Notes under the pieces: model-generated
The model's database searches: none
What the model was told of the DNA's origin: nothing
The model's input: the letters and a program-made list of their open reading frames with translations, nothing else
NCBI GenBank assembly: GCA_963808625.1
Contig: CAWEHK010000029.1
Location: forward strand, 171,235 to 235,234
Origin: an uncultured delta proteobacterium
Lineage (GTDB): Bacteria > Desulfobacterota > Syntrophobacteria > Syntrophobacterales > Syntrophobacteraceae
DNA length: 64,000 nt
Direction: 5' to 3'
Shown here: piece after piece, positions 50,313-62,461 of the stretch
Position numbering within the stretch: position 1 is the first letter of the stretch
Layout: each line of letters begins with the position of its first letter
Made by a program: the position numbers and the translations under genes

Positions 50313-51590
50313 TTAATATTTCTGCCTTATACGAGCTGCAAGGTGTGACCCTTGCAAGGCTTTAGTGGGATATTTGGGCTGCTCTATGTCCTCAGCATTC
50401 ACTTTCTTAGAGGCTGCATAAGCAAGTCCGAGGATGGTGAACTGAAGGTTCTCGAAAAATTGGCAATAAAGAACGATGTTGTCAGTATACATGAACATAA
50501 GGAGCGGAATGAAGGAAGAGGCACCAGCATAAAACAGTATTTTGGCCAGTCCCTCGTTTCGTCGGGCTTGAATCCAGGCGTGAAGGCTCTGACAAAAAGC
50601 ACAAAATAGAAACAAACCAAGCCCAACATATCCATAATCAAAGCGGATACGGAGAAAATCGTTATGTGGCTGACCTGAAAACCCAACCCTGGACTGAATG
50701 AACCGTTCATTAGCATTTGCTCCAAATCCAAACCAGGGAGAGCGCTTCATTTCCTCGGTCATGAGATCCCAAAGGTAAGCACGTCCAGTTGTGTAAAAAT
50801 TAGGGTTTTCAAAACTCACATCACCCAAATCTCCGAAGCCTGTGTAGAACATCTTGCGCTGTACTCGTTCCGTGTAGAAGATACCAGTGCCAACAAAAAC
50901 AATCACTAGAAGTGCCAGGATTCTGGTCTTCAACTTTATGGGTGCAAGAGAGGCCGGAAAGGTCATCAGGGTGGCTGCAATTCCCATTCTGGTCAGGCCA
51001 ATGACAGGAACAGCAGCCAAAGCGAACCAATAATATAAGGCGGATCTGTCTTTTTCAACCGCATAAATAGCCACAAATAGGGTTGCTAACAAGCAGGCGG
51101 ACATAGCTTGTGGTGCGAGTCCGGAAGTTTCTGGCAAGGTTCCGCCTATTGCCCCAGTGTAAATCAGGATAGAAATAAAGAAGATTATGCAGCCTCTTTT
51201 GAGGTAGATTTTAAGAATATTGACTTCGAGGCCTCTAAGCTCATAAGTTGACACGGCCATCCCGACGAATATTGGGCAAACCATCATGACGGTTCTTTGC
51301 AGTGCGTTGGGGAACTCGGAAAGCGTCAGATATAGAAACAATGTGGCTATCCATGGACTCCACAGCAACCAGGGGAAATCGCTCTTTCGCCAATTTCGGG
51401 CGAGTATACCTAGGGAAAGACAGAATGTTGCCAGCCACAGATAACCGCGGGAGGAAAAACCTAAGAAGGTAAAGTCAAAGGCTGTTGTGCAGACTAAAAT
51501 AGTGCTGAAAAATACAAAACTAGCCAGAGCAGGTGTTTTACCCGACCGGGGCTTTATGGACGAACGCTGATTATCCTTGATGTATAAGGC
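50313..51590 (-). CDS. Wzy / O-antigen ligase family polymerase; 5' end uncertain (frameshift)
   Basis: TRMG, TGRAYLW, GFG and PHNDFLR motifs; multiple TMs. Confidence 0.78.
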   Translation of the reverse strand, partial: ALYIKDNQRSSIKPRSGKTPALASFVFFSTILVCTTAFDFTFLGFSSRGYLWLATFCLSLGILARNWRKSDFPWLLWSPWIATLFLYLTLSEFPNALQRTVMMVCPIFVGMAVSTYELRGLEVNILKIYLKRGCIIFFISILIYTGAIGGTLPETSGLAPQAMSACLLATLFVAIYAVEKDRSALYYWFALAAVPVIGLTRMGIAATLMTFPASLAPIKLKTRILALLVIVFVGTGIFYTERVQRKMFYTGFGDLGDVSFENPNFYTTGRAYLWDLMTEEMKRSPWFGFGANANERFIQSRVGFSGQPHNDFLRIRFDYGYVGLGLFLFCAFCQSLHAWIQARRNEGLAKILFYAGASSFIPLLMFMYTDNIVLYCQFFENLQFTILGLAYAASKKVNAEDIEQPKYPTKALQGSHLAARIRQKY

Positions 51591-51760
51591 ATCGTAACTC
51601 AGTTTCTAAAAGAAGAAGACCCTCAGCTTCACAGATTTCTAAGGTACAAGAACAGCCTGTAAAACCGTCATCAAAACTGCTTCTAAGGATTGCCTCATGC
51701 TAGAAAAGGCATTCTTAACGGTTTGCTCTTGAAGAATATTGACATGGTCAAAGTATTATC

Positions 51761-52662
<902 letters not shown>

Positions 52663-52705
52663 CTACGGTTCGCCCCGGCGGCGTCAAGTCACGCCGGCGG
52701 GCGCA

Positions 52706-53243
52706 TCAGAACAGGTTGCTCATGTTCTGCGACAGGATGACGGTCTGATCGAGGAAGATGTGCCGGCGCGCGAGCTTGAGCGTGCCGTTCTCGCGCCGCA
52801 GCAGGTCTTCGCGCCGGCCGATCCAGCTGTCTTCTTCGCTGTTGAGCCGCGTGCGGTACAGCATGGAAGTTCAGCGCCGCCAGTGATCTCGTTGCCATCG
52901 ACGCTCGAGGATCCGCACGTTGCTGACGGTGTGACGCGTGCGCGACGGCGGGTCTTCCGCCCATGCGCGCCCGACCTGCAGGCGCTGCACGCGCAGCCCG
53001 AGCGTCTGTTTGTCGTCGTCGAAAAACGCCATGCCGCCCGGCTTCGTGAACTCGTTGTCGATCTCTTTCGCGGTGGTGGTTCGCCGGATCGGCATCCAGT
53101 AGTGGATGTCGTCGGTGCACAGCGCCAGCCATTCGTCGAGGCGGCGCTCGTCGAGCAGGCTCGCTTCACGGTACAGGAACTCCTCGACCTCGAATTTCAG
53201 CAGCATGCGCTCCGGCAGGCCCAGATCGTTGTAGCGCGGACAT
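52706..53243 (-). CDS. aromatic ring-hydroxylating dioxygenase beta subunit (frameshifted)
   Basis: EEFLYREASLLDERR...YWMP...WAEDPPSRTRH. Confidence 0.88.
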
Positions 53244-54598
53244 CAGACGACTCCGGTCGGCGGCGGCGAATGGTGGGCCATCAGTTCCTGCCAGCTGTCG
53301 GCCGCGCATCCACTCCTGCCACGACTGATACGTCCAGCGCTGGCCGTGTTCGTTCACGACCGTCTCGATGCGGCTCTGTCCGGACGGATCGTGCTGACAC
53401 GCGGTCGTGGCCGCGGCCCATCGCGTAATTCAGCGGCAGCGTTCGCGAATGGCGGCGCCTTTGGCGCCGCGCGTCGAATGGCTCCAGTTCTCGCCGTCGT
53501 CCTGTTCGAGCAGTCCGGCCGGGCCGAACACGTGGTTGGCCATGTAGATGGCCTGCGCCGCTGCTCGGCGGCATGGCCTTCGGCAGCAGCGTGAACCACC
53601 ACAGCTCGGTTTCGTACGGGCCGCGCGGAATGCGCAGGCAGAACTGACTGCGTCAGGGCGACCCACAGGTTCGGGAAGATGTTCGGATGCCCGAACGAGC
53701 GCGAACCGACCGGGCCGAGCTGGGCGCGCATGCGCGGATCGAGCCGCGGCACTGCCGTACATGTCGTACCACTGCGGCTCGCCGGCGTCGCCGCCGTTCA
53801 TCCGCGCGATCGAATTCGTTCGAGCTGCGCCTGCGGTGATGCCCGGCCCGCCGATGCCGTGGCCGTATTCGCCGAGAATCACCATCTGGCTCATCGGCGC
53901 CATCGCCTTCTTCGGGCGACGAAGCCGACGCGGAGCGCGGAGCCGTGCGACACCTTCACGTGATACCAGTCGTAGAGGTTGTCGACCGCGAGCTTCCAGT
54001 TGCACTTGATGCGGTTCTTCTGGATGCCGTCGATCACCTCAAGGTCGCCGTGCGACGCGAGCATGTCGATGCCGAGCCGTCCCGACCCAGCCGAGATAGT
54101 CTTCGAGCGGCGGCGCGGTCGGCATCGAGCGTTGCGAACACGAAGCCGCGATAGCTCGCAACCTGCGCGCGCTTTGGCGAGGCCCCACTCGCTCTTGTCG
54201 AAGTCGTCGCGATAGAACGCATCCTGGCCCGGCATGCCGACCAGGCGCCCGTCGAGATCGTAGTTCCAGCCGTGATACGAGCACAAAAAGCTGTTCGTGC
54301 TGGCCCTGTTCGGCGCGGCACACCGTGTTGCCGCGATGCGGGCAGGAATTCAGCAGCACGTTGACCTTGCCGCTCGATCGCGCACGGCGATCACCTGGTC
54401 TTCGCCGATGTAGTTCATGAAGAAGCTGCCCGGCTGCGGCAGCTGCGATTCGTGGCACATGAAGTTCCACGCTCGCGCGAAGATGCGCTGCAGCTCCAGC
54501 TGGTAAATGTCCGGGTCCGAAAAAATGCGCCGATCGACGATGCCGTGTTCGACGTCGTACCAGGGCGTTCGGTCGGTTGCGATCATCGTGGCAGACAT
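53243..54598 (-). CDS. Rieske ring-hydroxylating dioxygenase alpha subunit (many frameshifts)
   Basis: CPHRGN...CSYHGW, NWKLAVDNLYDWYHVKVSH, GPAGLLEQDDGENW. Confidence 0.88.
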
Positions 54599-54854
54599 GT
54601 CCACTCCTCCCCGAGCAGAGCGGAAAGGGTATGCGCGCGCCGCGCCGGATGCCATCGGCGGACGTCCGGCGATGTCGAGCGCATCCGTACGCAAGAGGAT
54701 GGTCGTCACCAAGCGAAGCTCATCAACGATTGCGCGGAAGTGGCCCGGTATCATCCGCTCGCGCGCGAGCTGCGGCTGCGTTGCGAGCGGCGGCCCGGCT
54801 GGCAGGGCTGGGCGACCCATGTCGCGGTTGGTGTCATTGATTGGAGGAAGTGAG

Positions 54855-56340
54855 ATGAGTGTGCGAGCGGATGCGTGGAATGCGGTGATGACGGCAGTGC
54901 CGGGCGAGCAGGCGTTCGAGGTTCCGGCTTCGGCCATCGAGGGTGCGCTGCCGCGCGAACTCGCCGGCGGGCGGCACCTGCAGAACGGCCCGGGCTGGAC
55001 GAAGATCGGCGACCGGCTCGCGCACCCGTTCGACGGCCACGGCTTCGTGCGCTCGCTCGTCTTCACCGAGGACGGCGGCGCGCGTTTTCGCTCGCGGTTC
55101 GTGAAGACGCCGGCCTATCTCGCGGAGCGCGCCGCCGGTCGGCTCGTTCATAAGGGGCTCGGCACGAACGTCAGCGACTCGCCGTTGCGCAACATTCGCG
55201 CGCCCGGTCCGCGCAACGTCTCCAACACCACGATCCAGCCGTGGGCGGGCCGGCACGGAAAGTGGGAGAGGTGATCTCCGGCTGGGAAGGCGGCCGACCC
55301 TATGCGCTCGACGCCGAGAGTCTGGAGACCATCGGCGAGGAGACGTTCGGCGGCGCGCTGCCGGACGCCGCGTTCCTCGCGCACGTGCGCATCGACACGG
55401 GCGCGAATCGCCTGATCGGCTGCAACCTGTACCGCGAGATGCCGTCGCGCTTCGTGTTCCGCGAGTTCGACGCCGCGGGCAAGCAGGTGGCCGAGCGCGA
55501 GGCCACGATCCCCGGGCATGCACTTCGAGCACGATTTCGTCGCGACGCCGCGCTGGTACGTTCTGGCGGGCAATCCGATGAAGGCGAGCCTGCCGAAGTT
55601 CGCGAAGGCGATGCTCGGCATGGGCTCGCTGATCCAGGCGCTGCGCACGGACGACACGAAGCCGGGCGAGCTGTATCTGATCCCGCGCGGTCGCCCGGGC
55701 CCGGTACGCACAATCCGACTGCCGCAGCGCGCGTTCGTCATTCATTTCGCCAACGCGTACGACCTGGACGACGGCGCGTGCGCGGTGGAACTCTGTGCGT
55801 TCGAGTCGTTCGAGTTCGGCGAGGAGTTCGGCTTCACAGGGCCCGCACGCGCCGCTCGATCCCGAGTTGCCGGATCGTCGCGCGTCGTTTCAGCGCCTCT
55901 ATCGCGCGACGGTGCGGGAGCGGGCCGACGACGCGCAGTGGGAGCAGCTCTCGGAATACGGCATGGACTTTCCGCGCGTGCATCCCGCGCGGGAAGGCCG
56001 CGCGGCGCCCGCGATCTACGCGTCGACGCGCAGCGGTCGGGTGAAGTCGGATCCGTTCGATGCGATCGCGCGCGTGGATGCCGTGGATCGCGCGCGACCC
56101 ACGGAAGTCTGGAGCGCGCGCGAGGGTCAGTTCGTCGGCGAGCCGGTGTTCGCGCCGCGGCCCGGCGGGCGCGACCTGGACGACGGCTGGGTCGTCGCGG
56201 TGATCTACGACGGTGCCGCCCGCAAGACGCAGCTCTGCGTGTTCGAGTCGAACGCCTCGTCGAAGGGGCCGATCGCTGCGGTGCCCCTGCCGCTTCAGCC
56301 ATACGGCTTCCACGGCTTCTGGGAAGGCACTGCCGGCTAG
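54855..56340 (+). CDS. carotenoid/stilbene cleavage oxygenase family (frameshifted)
   Basis: NGPG, HPFDGHG, WEGG, HDF, HFANAY, DFPRV, GEPVF and YGFHG motifs. Confidence 0.85.
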
Positions 56341-56366
56341 CCTGTCGTTGGTTGCCGGCCGCCGCA

Positions 56367-57029
56367 CTACTCACGTTTTTCCTGGACGCGACCGCAACCC
56401 TGCCCACAGCAGTTCGGTGATCTGCTCGGCGACCGCGTCGATCGGCGAGCGCCTCGTCGCGCAGCCACCACAGCGTCACGAAGTGCAGCGCGCCGACGAA
56501 CGCGTACGACCACACCGCCGCAACCGCCGGGTCGGCGCCGCCGGCCGCCCGGTATGCGGCGATGCCCGGTTCGAAGCGGTGCGCCGCGTCGTCGGCGAGC
56601 AGCAGCGATTGCCGCACGCGATCTTCGCTGGTGCCGCCGGCCGTCACGTACAGGTACAGGTGCCGCTCGGCGGCGGCGCGTTCGAGGTAGCCGCCGACGA
56701 GGCGCCGCAACGCATCGCGCGGTCCGGTGGCCGCTGCGACCAGACGCGTCATCGCGTCGGCCATCCGCGCCGTCAGCCGCAGCGCGAGCGCCTGCACCAG
56801 CGCGTCGCGATCGCCGACGCCGCGGTACAGGATCGGCTTGGTCACGCCGGCTTCGATGGCGATCGCGTCGAGCGACACGCCCGGGCCGCGTTTGCGGATC
56901 AGCCGCTCGGCCGCGGCGAGCAGCGTTTCGCGATCGGCGATGACGCCGTCGTTGCTGCTGCGTCCGGCGGGCCGGCCGCGCTTGCGCGGCAGGGCGCGCA
57001 CGTCTGCGCGGAGTCGAGATGCTCTTCAT
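56367..57029 (-). CDS. TetR family regulator (frameshifted ends)
   Basis: SLDAIAIEAGVTKPILYR helix-turn-helix. Confidence 0.8.
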   Translation of the reverse strand: MKSISTPRRRARPAAQARPARRTQQQRRRHRRSRNAARRGRAADPQTRPGRVARRDRHRSRRDQADPVPRRRRSRRAGAGARAAADGADGRRDDASGRSGHRTARCVAAPRRRLPRTRRRRAAPVPVRDGRRHQRRSRAAIAAARRRRGAPLRTGHRRIPGGRRRRPGGCGGVVVRVRRRAALRDAVVAARRGARRSTRSPSRSPNCCGQGCGRVQEKRE

Positions 57030-57109
57030 GGATTTAATTTACCACGAGTAGATTTATCCGGCGCAGCTGGCTACGATCGCCTCTCTTCATCTGCTTGGAG
57101 TCACACGCC

Positions 57110-58470
57110 ATGGCAACGCTCGCCCAAGAAGCAACCACACCGGCTCACCTGCGCGGCAACGGACGCCCGATCCAAGAGGAGCGCACGCTGACGCAGCTGA
57201 AGGTCACCGGCTCGATCCCGCGCGAACTCGACGGCCGCTACCTGCGCAACGGCGCCAACCCGATGACCGGCTTCAGCGCGCACCCGTTCTTCGGCGACGG
57301 CATGGTGCACGGCGTGCGCCTGCGCGACGGCCAGGCGCTGTGGTACCGCAACCGCTACGTGCAGACGCCGTTCATCGCGAACCCGGAGCTTGCGATCTTC
57401 GATCCGGCGGTCGCGATGGACATGACCGCGTCGAAGGCGAACACCCACGTGGTCGGCCACGCCGGCAAGATCCTGGCGCTCGAAGAGGGTCACTTCCCGT
57501 ACGTGCTCGACGGCAACCTCGACACGGTCGGCCCGACCGATTTCAACGGCGTGCTCAAAGGCTCGTTCACCGCGCACCCGAAGATCTGCCCGGTGACCGG
57601 CGAGATGCTCGCGTTCGGCTACTCGGCGATGCCGCCGTACCTGCGTTACCTGCGCGTGTCGGCCGACGGCAAGCTCGTGCAGACCGAGAACATCACCGTC
57701 GGCGGGCCGACGATGATGCACGACTTCAACATCACGCGGAATTTCGTGATCTTCATGGACCTGCCGGCCGTGTTCGACATTCAGCTCGCGATGCGCGGCG
57801 AGATGCCGATCCGCTGGGACGACAACTACCCGGCGCGCCTCGGCGTGATGCCGCGCAACGGCACCGACGCCGACGTGCGCTGGTACGAGATCAACCCCTG
57901 CTACGTCTTCCATCCGATGAACTCGTACGAGGACGGCGACACCATCGTGCTCGACGTCGCGCGCTTCAGCCACATGTGGCGCGACCTCGTCGATGGACTT
58001 CCCGAATCCGTACCTGTGGCGCTGGACGATCGACACGAAGAAAGGAACCGTGCGCGAGGAGCAGGTCGACGACCGGCCCGGCGAGTTTCCGCGCGTGGCC
58101 GACAGCCGCATCGGGCTGAAGCACCGCTACGGCTACGAGATGGGCTTCTCGAACGCGCCGACCCCGACGATCCGATGGGCGGCTCGGGCGTCATCTACAA
58201 GTACGACCGCGAGACGCGGCACGCGCATCGACCTCGATCTCGGCCGCGGCCGCACGCCCGGCGAGCCGGTGTTCGTGCCGGCGGCCGGCGCGAAGAACGA
58301 GGACGACGGCTACCTGATGACGTTCGTGCACGACGCCGCGACGCGACACCAGCCGCTTCGTCATCCACGACGCGAAGACGATGGATCGCTCGCCGATCGC
58401 ATCGGTCGAGCTGCCGCGCATCCCGAGCGGGTTCCACGGCAGCTGGGTGCCGGCGTCGGTCGCGAACTGA
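57110..58470 (+). CDS. carotenoid/stilbene cleavage oxygenase family (frameshifted)
   Basis: LRNGANP, FGDGMVHG, TAHPK, MMHDF, VFHPMN, EFPRV, GEPVFVP and GFHGSW motifs. Confidence 0.9.
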
Positions 58471-58619
58471 GCTGCAGGCCGCCCCAACGGTCGCACTTGA
58501 GTGGCGACGGCGCGTAGTCGGATTGCGGCTGCGCGCCGGAGCCACTTGCGGGAATCCCGTATGTCGCGTCGTCGCAGTAGCTCGTAGTGTCGGGAGGACG
58601 CAGCCGCAAGTGGACAACC

Positions 58620-60179
58620 ATGATCGAGACCAACGACCGGCACCAATCGCTCCGCAGGGGTCGCCTATCAGAAGCTGCTGGACGAGGACAGCCATCCGGT
58701 GCCGGAGATCTTTCGCGTCGAATCGCCGTTGCCGCCGGGCCCGACCGTCGTGCCCGCCGAGCAGTACTACTCCAAGGCGTTCCACGATCTCGAAGTCGAG
58801 AAGGTCTGGAAGCGCGTCTGGCAGATGGCGTGTCACGAGGACGACATCCCGGAAATCGGCGACTACCTCGATCTACGACATCGCGCACCTGTCGTTCCTG
58901 GTCGTGCGCACCGGCGCCGAGGAATTCAAGGCGTTCTACAACGTCTGTCTGCACCGCGGCCGGCTGCTGAAGACGCACGGCGGCAAGCGCGCGCGCGAGT
59001 TCCGCTGCTCGTTCCACGGCTGGGCCTGGAACACGGACGGCTCGCTGAAGGAAGTGCCGTGCCAGTGGGATTTCCCGACGGTCGCCGAAGACGACACAGC
59101 CTGCCCGAGGTCAAGGTCGGCCGCTGGGGCGGCTTCGTGTTCATCAATCCGGACCCGAATGCCGAGTCGCTCGAGACGTTTCTCGGCAACCTGCGCGACC
59201 AGTTCCCGAACCTGCCGTACGAGCGCCGCTAGGAAGGTCGCGCACGTGTCGAAGATCCTGCGCTGCAACTGGAAGGTGGCGCAGGAGGCGTTCAGCGAGG
59301 CGTATCACGTGATCGCGACGCATCCGACCATTCTCGAGTCGATCGGCGACGCGAACACCCAGTACGACGTGTTCGGCAACTACTCGCCGCGCGATCTCGC
59401 CGAACTTCACGCCGAGCCCGCACACTCGGCGGCACGCAGTTGGAACACCTCGACGGCGCGCGCCTGTACACGCGCCTGCGCCATCGCGCTGACGGGTCAC
59501 GTCTACGAGATGGCGCTCGACGGCATCGTCCACGTCACCGACAGCCGTGGCGGCGTCAGCCGCTTCACGGCCGACGCGCAGCTGGATCGACGGCCCGCTG
59601 ACGCACGCGGATCCGAACATGGTGCGACTGGGTCGGCGGCAAGCAGTTGCCCGGCGGCGACGTCGTGCCGCTCGCGCCGACCGCCGCCGGTTCCGACAGA
59701 ACAAGAACAAGCGCCAGGTGATGGCGCGAGCCGATCGCGCGAGGGCTGGCGCAAGGTGCTGGGCGAGCGTGATGGACAAGGTCAGCGACGCCGAGCTGCT
59801 CGACTCGATCTACCTCACCGTGTTCCCGAACTTCCATCCGTGGGGATCGTTCAACCGGATCGTCTACCGGTTCCGTCCGAACGGCGACAATCCGGAGGAG
59901 TGCATCATGGAGTGCATGTACCTCGTCGCCGACGCCCGGCCGGGCAGCCGCGCGCGCCGGCGGCGCCGGTGCATTACCTCGGCCCCGACGACGACTGGAT
60001 CGACGCGCCGGAACTCGGCATGCTCGCGAAAGTGTTCAATCAGGACGTGGTCAACATGCCCGACGTGCAGCAGGGCCTGAAGGCGATGAAGAACGGCCGA
60101 GGTCATCTTCGCGAACTACGGCGAGACCAAGCCGCGGCATTTCCACAAGCTGCTCGACGAGTGGATCGCGAAGCCGTGA
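58620..60179 (+). CDS. Rieske oxygenase alpha subunit (many frameshifts)
   Basis: CLHRG...CSFHGW, NWKVAQEAFSEAYHVIATH, VFPNF and NQDVVNM motifs. Confidence 0.85.
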
Positions 60180-60658
60180 GTGAGGGAGCGGTGGCGCGTG
60201 CGGCCGAGGCGATCGGAGTGCACCGAGGTAGCGGCATGCGCAACGCCGTACGAGATACTGGGTGACGCGGGCATCCGCGATCTGGCCGAGTGCCTTTTAC
60301 GAGGTGATGGACGAGTCTCCGGACGTCGCGCCGATCCGCGCGATGCACGCGCAGGATCTGGGCAAGGTAAGCAGCATGCTGGCCGCCTATCTCACGCAGT
60401 GGATGGGCGGCCCGCCCGTCTATCTCGCCGTCAAGGGCACGGTGTGCCTCACGGACGCCGCACGCGCCGTATGCGATCGGTCCGGACGAGCGCGACCGGT
60501 GGCTGCGCTGCATGGACCGCGCGCTGGAGCGGATCGGCGCGAGCGACGAACTGAAGGAGATGTTGCGCGAGCCGATGCGCCGCGTTGCCGATACGGTGCG
60601 CAACCGCGATCACGACAGCAACCGGTCGCGCGATCCGAACATCATCGCCGTCGGCTGA
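60176..60658 (+). CDS. group II truncated hemoglobin (frameshifted)
   Basis: TPYEILG, FYEVMD, IRAMH, QWMGGPPVY and ERDRWLRCM motifs. Confidence 0.8.
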
Positions 60659-60699
60659 CGCGCGACCGCGCCGTTCGGCGCCGCCCACCGTTCCCAGCA

Positions 60700-61688
60700 T
60701 CAGCGCACGTCGCCTTTGACCGGCGTCGAGTAATCGATCGGCTCGCCCAGCCAACCGTCCCAGCGCTTCTCCCAGTACAGGTTGTGCAGAGCGCGTGGTG
60801 ATCTCCCCGGGACCGTTGCGCCCGCCGAGCGGCCGGTCGTTGACGCGCGCGGCCGGCATGATGCCCCCCGACGTCGACGTCAGGAATGCTTCGTCGGCGT
60901 CGATGAGTTCCTGTGCGGTGACGTTGGTCACTTCGAGCGGCAGCTTCATTTCCTTTGCGAGATCGAACACTGTTTTGCGCGTGATCCCCTCGAGGCAGCC
61001 CGATGCCGGCGTCTTCACGACGCCGTTCTTGATCAGGAAGACGTTGCAGCCCGGTGCCTCCGTCAGGTTGCCGTTGCCGTCCGTCAGCACCGACCAGTCG
61101 GCGCCTTTGCGCAGCGCTTCGTAGATCGACAGCTTCAGGTCCATCCAGTGGAAGTTCTTCGCGGTCGGATCGACCGACTTCGCAGGGATACGGATGAACT
61201 TCTCGCTGACGTAAAGATTCGCGCCGCGCGTGCGGTGCTCGTCGTCCATGATGTAGCTGTACGGCGTGACGAACGCGTAGAACCGGTTCACATAACGCGG
61301 CTTCGTGCGCGGCCCTTCCATCTGACCGCGCGTCACGGCCCACCACATGTATGCGTCCTTGAGACCGGCGAGCTTGACCAGATTCGTCATGATCTCGACC
61401 GTCTGCTCGTCGGAGTACGGGTTCTTCAGCTGGAACTTGCGGCACGACTCGTTGAAGCGCTTCGACGTGATCCTGCATCCGGAAGATGTAGCCGCGGCTC
61501 GCGCTGACGACGTCGTACGCCGCATCGGCGTGGATGAAGCCGGCATCCTGGATCGGTACAACACCTTCGCCGATCGGCCGATAGGCGTCCTGCGTGTACG
61601 CCGAACCTGCCTCGTAGCGGGGATCGTGCGGCGCGCGGGCGTGCAACGGATCCTCTTCCATGATGTGCTGTGCTTGGATGATGCTCAT
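60700..61688 (-). CDS. class IV aminotransferase, (R)-amine transaminase-like (frameshifted)
   Basis: GFIHADAAYDV, VTRG, DPTAKNFHWMDL, TEAPGCNVF, LEGITRKT and TSTSGG motifs. Confidence 0.85.
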
Positions 61689-61717
61689 CGTGTCGACTCC
61701 GACGGTGGTAGATGTAG

Positions 61718-61731
61718 TGTACGATCGTACA
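61718..61731. promoter_or_regulatory. perfect 14-bp palindrome, putative TetR operator
   Basis: TGTACGATCGTACA between the divergent aminotransferase and tetR genes. Confidence 0.7.
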
Positions 61732-61755
61732 ACGATATTATGAACTTTTGAACAG

Positions 61756-62406
61756 ATGAAGAAACGAGACGTCGCGCAAGAGGTGCCGGCCCGCAAATCG
61801 CGGCGAGGACCGCCGCTCGACGATTCTCGACGCGACGCTGCGGCTGATCGCCGCCGACGGCGTCGATTCGATCACGCATCGGCGCGTCGCGGCAGAGGCC
61901 GACGTGCCGCTGGGTTCGACGACGTACTACTTCGATTCGCGCGAACAGCTGCTGCGCGAAGCGTTCCGCCTGTATCTGACGCGCATCTGGGCGTTGCAGA
62001 CACAGCTGCTGAAAGGGTTCCGGATCTCGACCGCGGAGCAGTCTGGTGGACTATCTCGTGGAGCTGACGAAGCGGACATTCGAAGACGAGGCGATGATGC
62101 TCGCGGAATACGAGCTGACGCTGTTCGCCGCGCGGGACAGCGAGGTGGCCGATGCGTTGCACGAGTGGGACGCAGCGATGATCGCGGAACTTGCGAAAGC
62201 GCTCGAAATGCTTGGCATGCGCGCGGCCGTTCGATGCGGCGAGGACGTTGCTGCACATGATGCGCGGGCATGAGCTGGACAGCCTGAGCCGGCACGATGC
62301 GGATGCTGAGGATCTGCGGCGGCGATTGACGGTGGTTGTCGCGGCGCTGGTGGGTACCCGGGCACCCGCAGCGACGCGTCGCGCCCGGACGAAAGCCGAG
62401 CGATGA
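61756..62406 (+). CDS. TetR family regulator (frameshifted)
   Basis: ITHRRVAAEADVPLGSTTYYF helix-turn-helix. Confidence 0.82.
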
Positions 62407-62461
62407 CGACGAGCGACGCGCGGCGTCCGCCGAGGATCATCGTGCGAGCGCGGGCTGTTGG

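Noticed and set aside
57095..60265. 1056-aa ORF as a CCO-Rieske fusion
   Set aside because: It is a frame mosaic caused by indels. A separate stop (58470) and start (58620) are visible.
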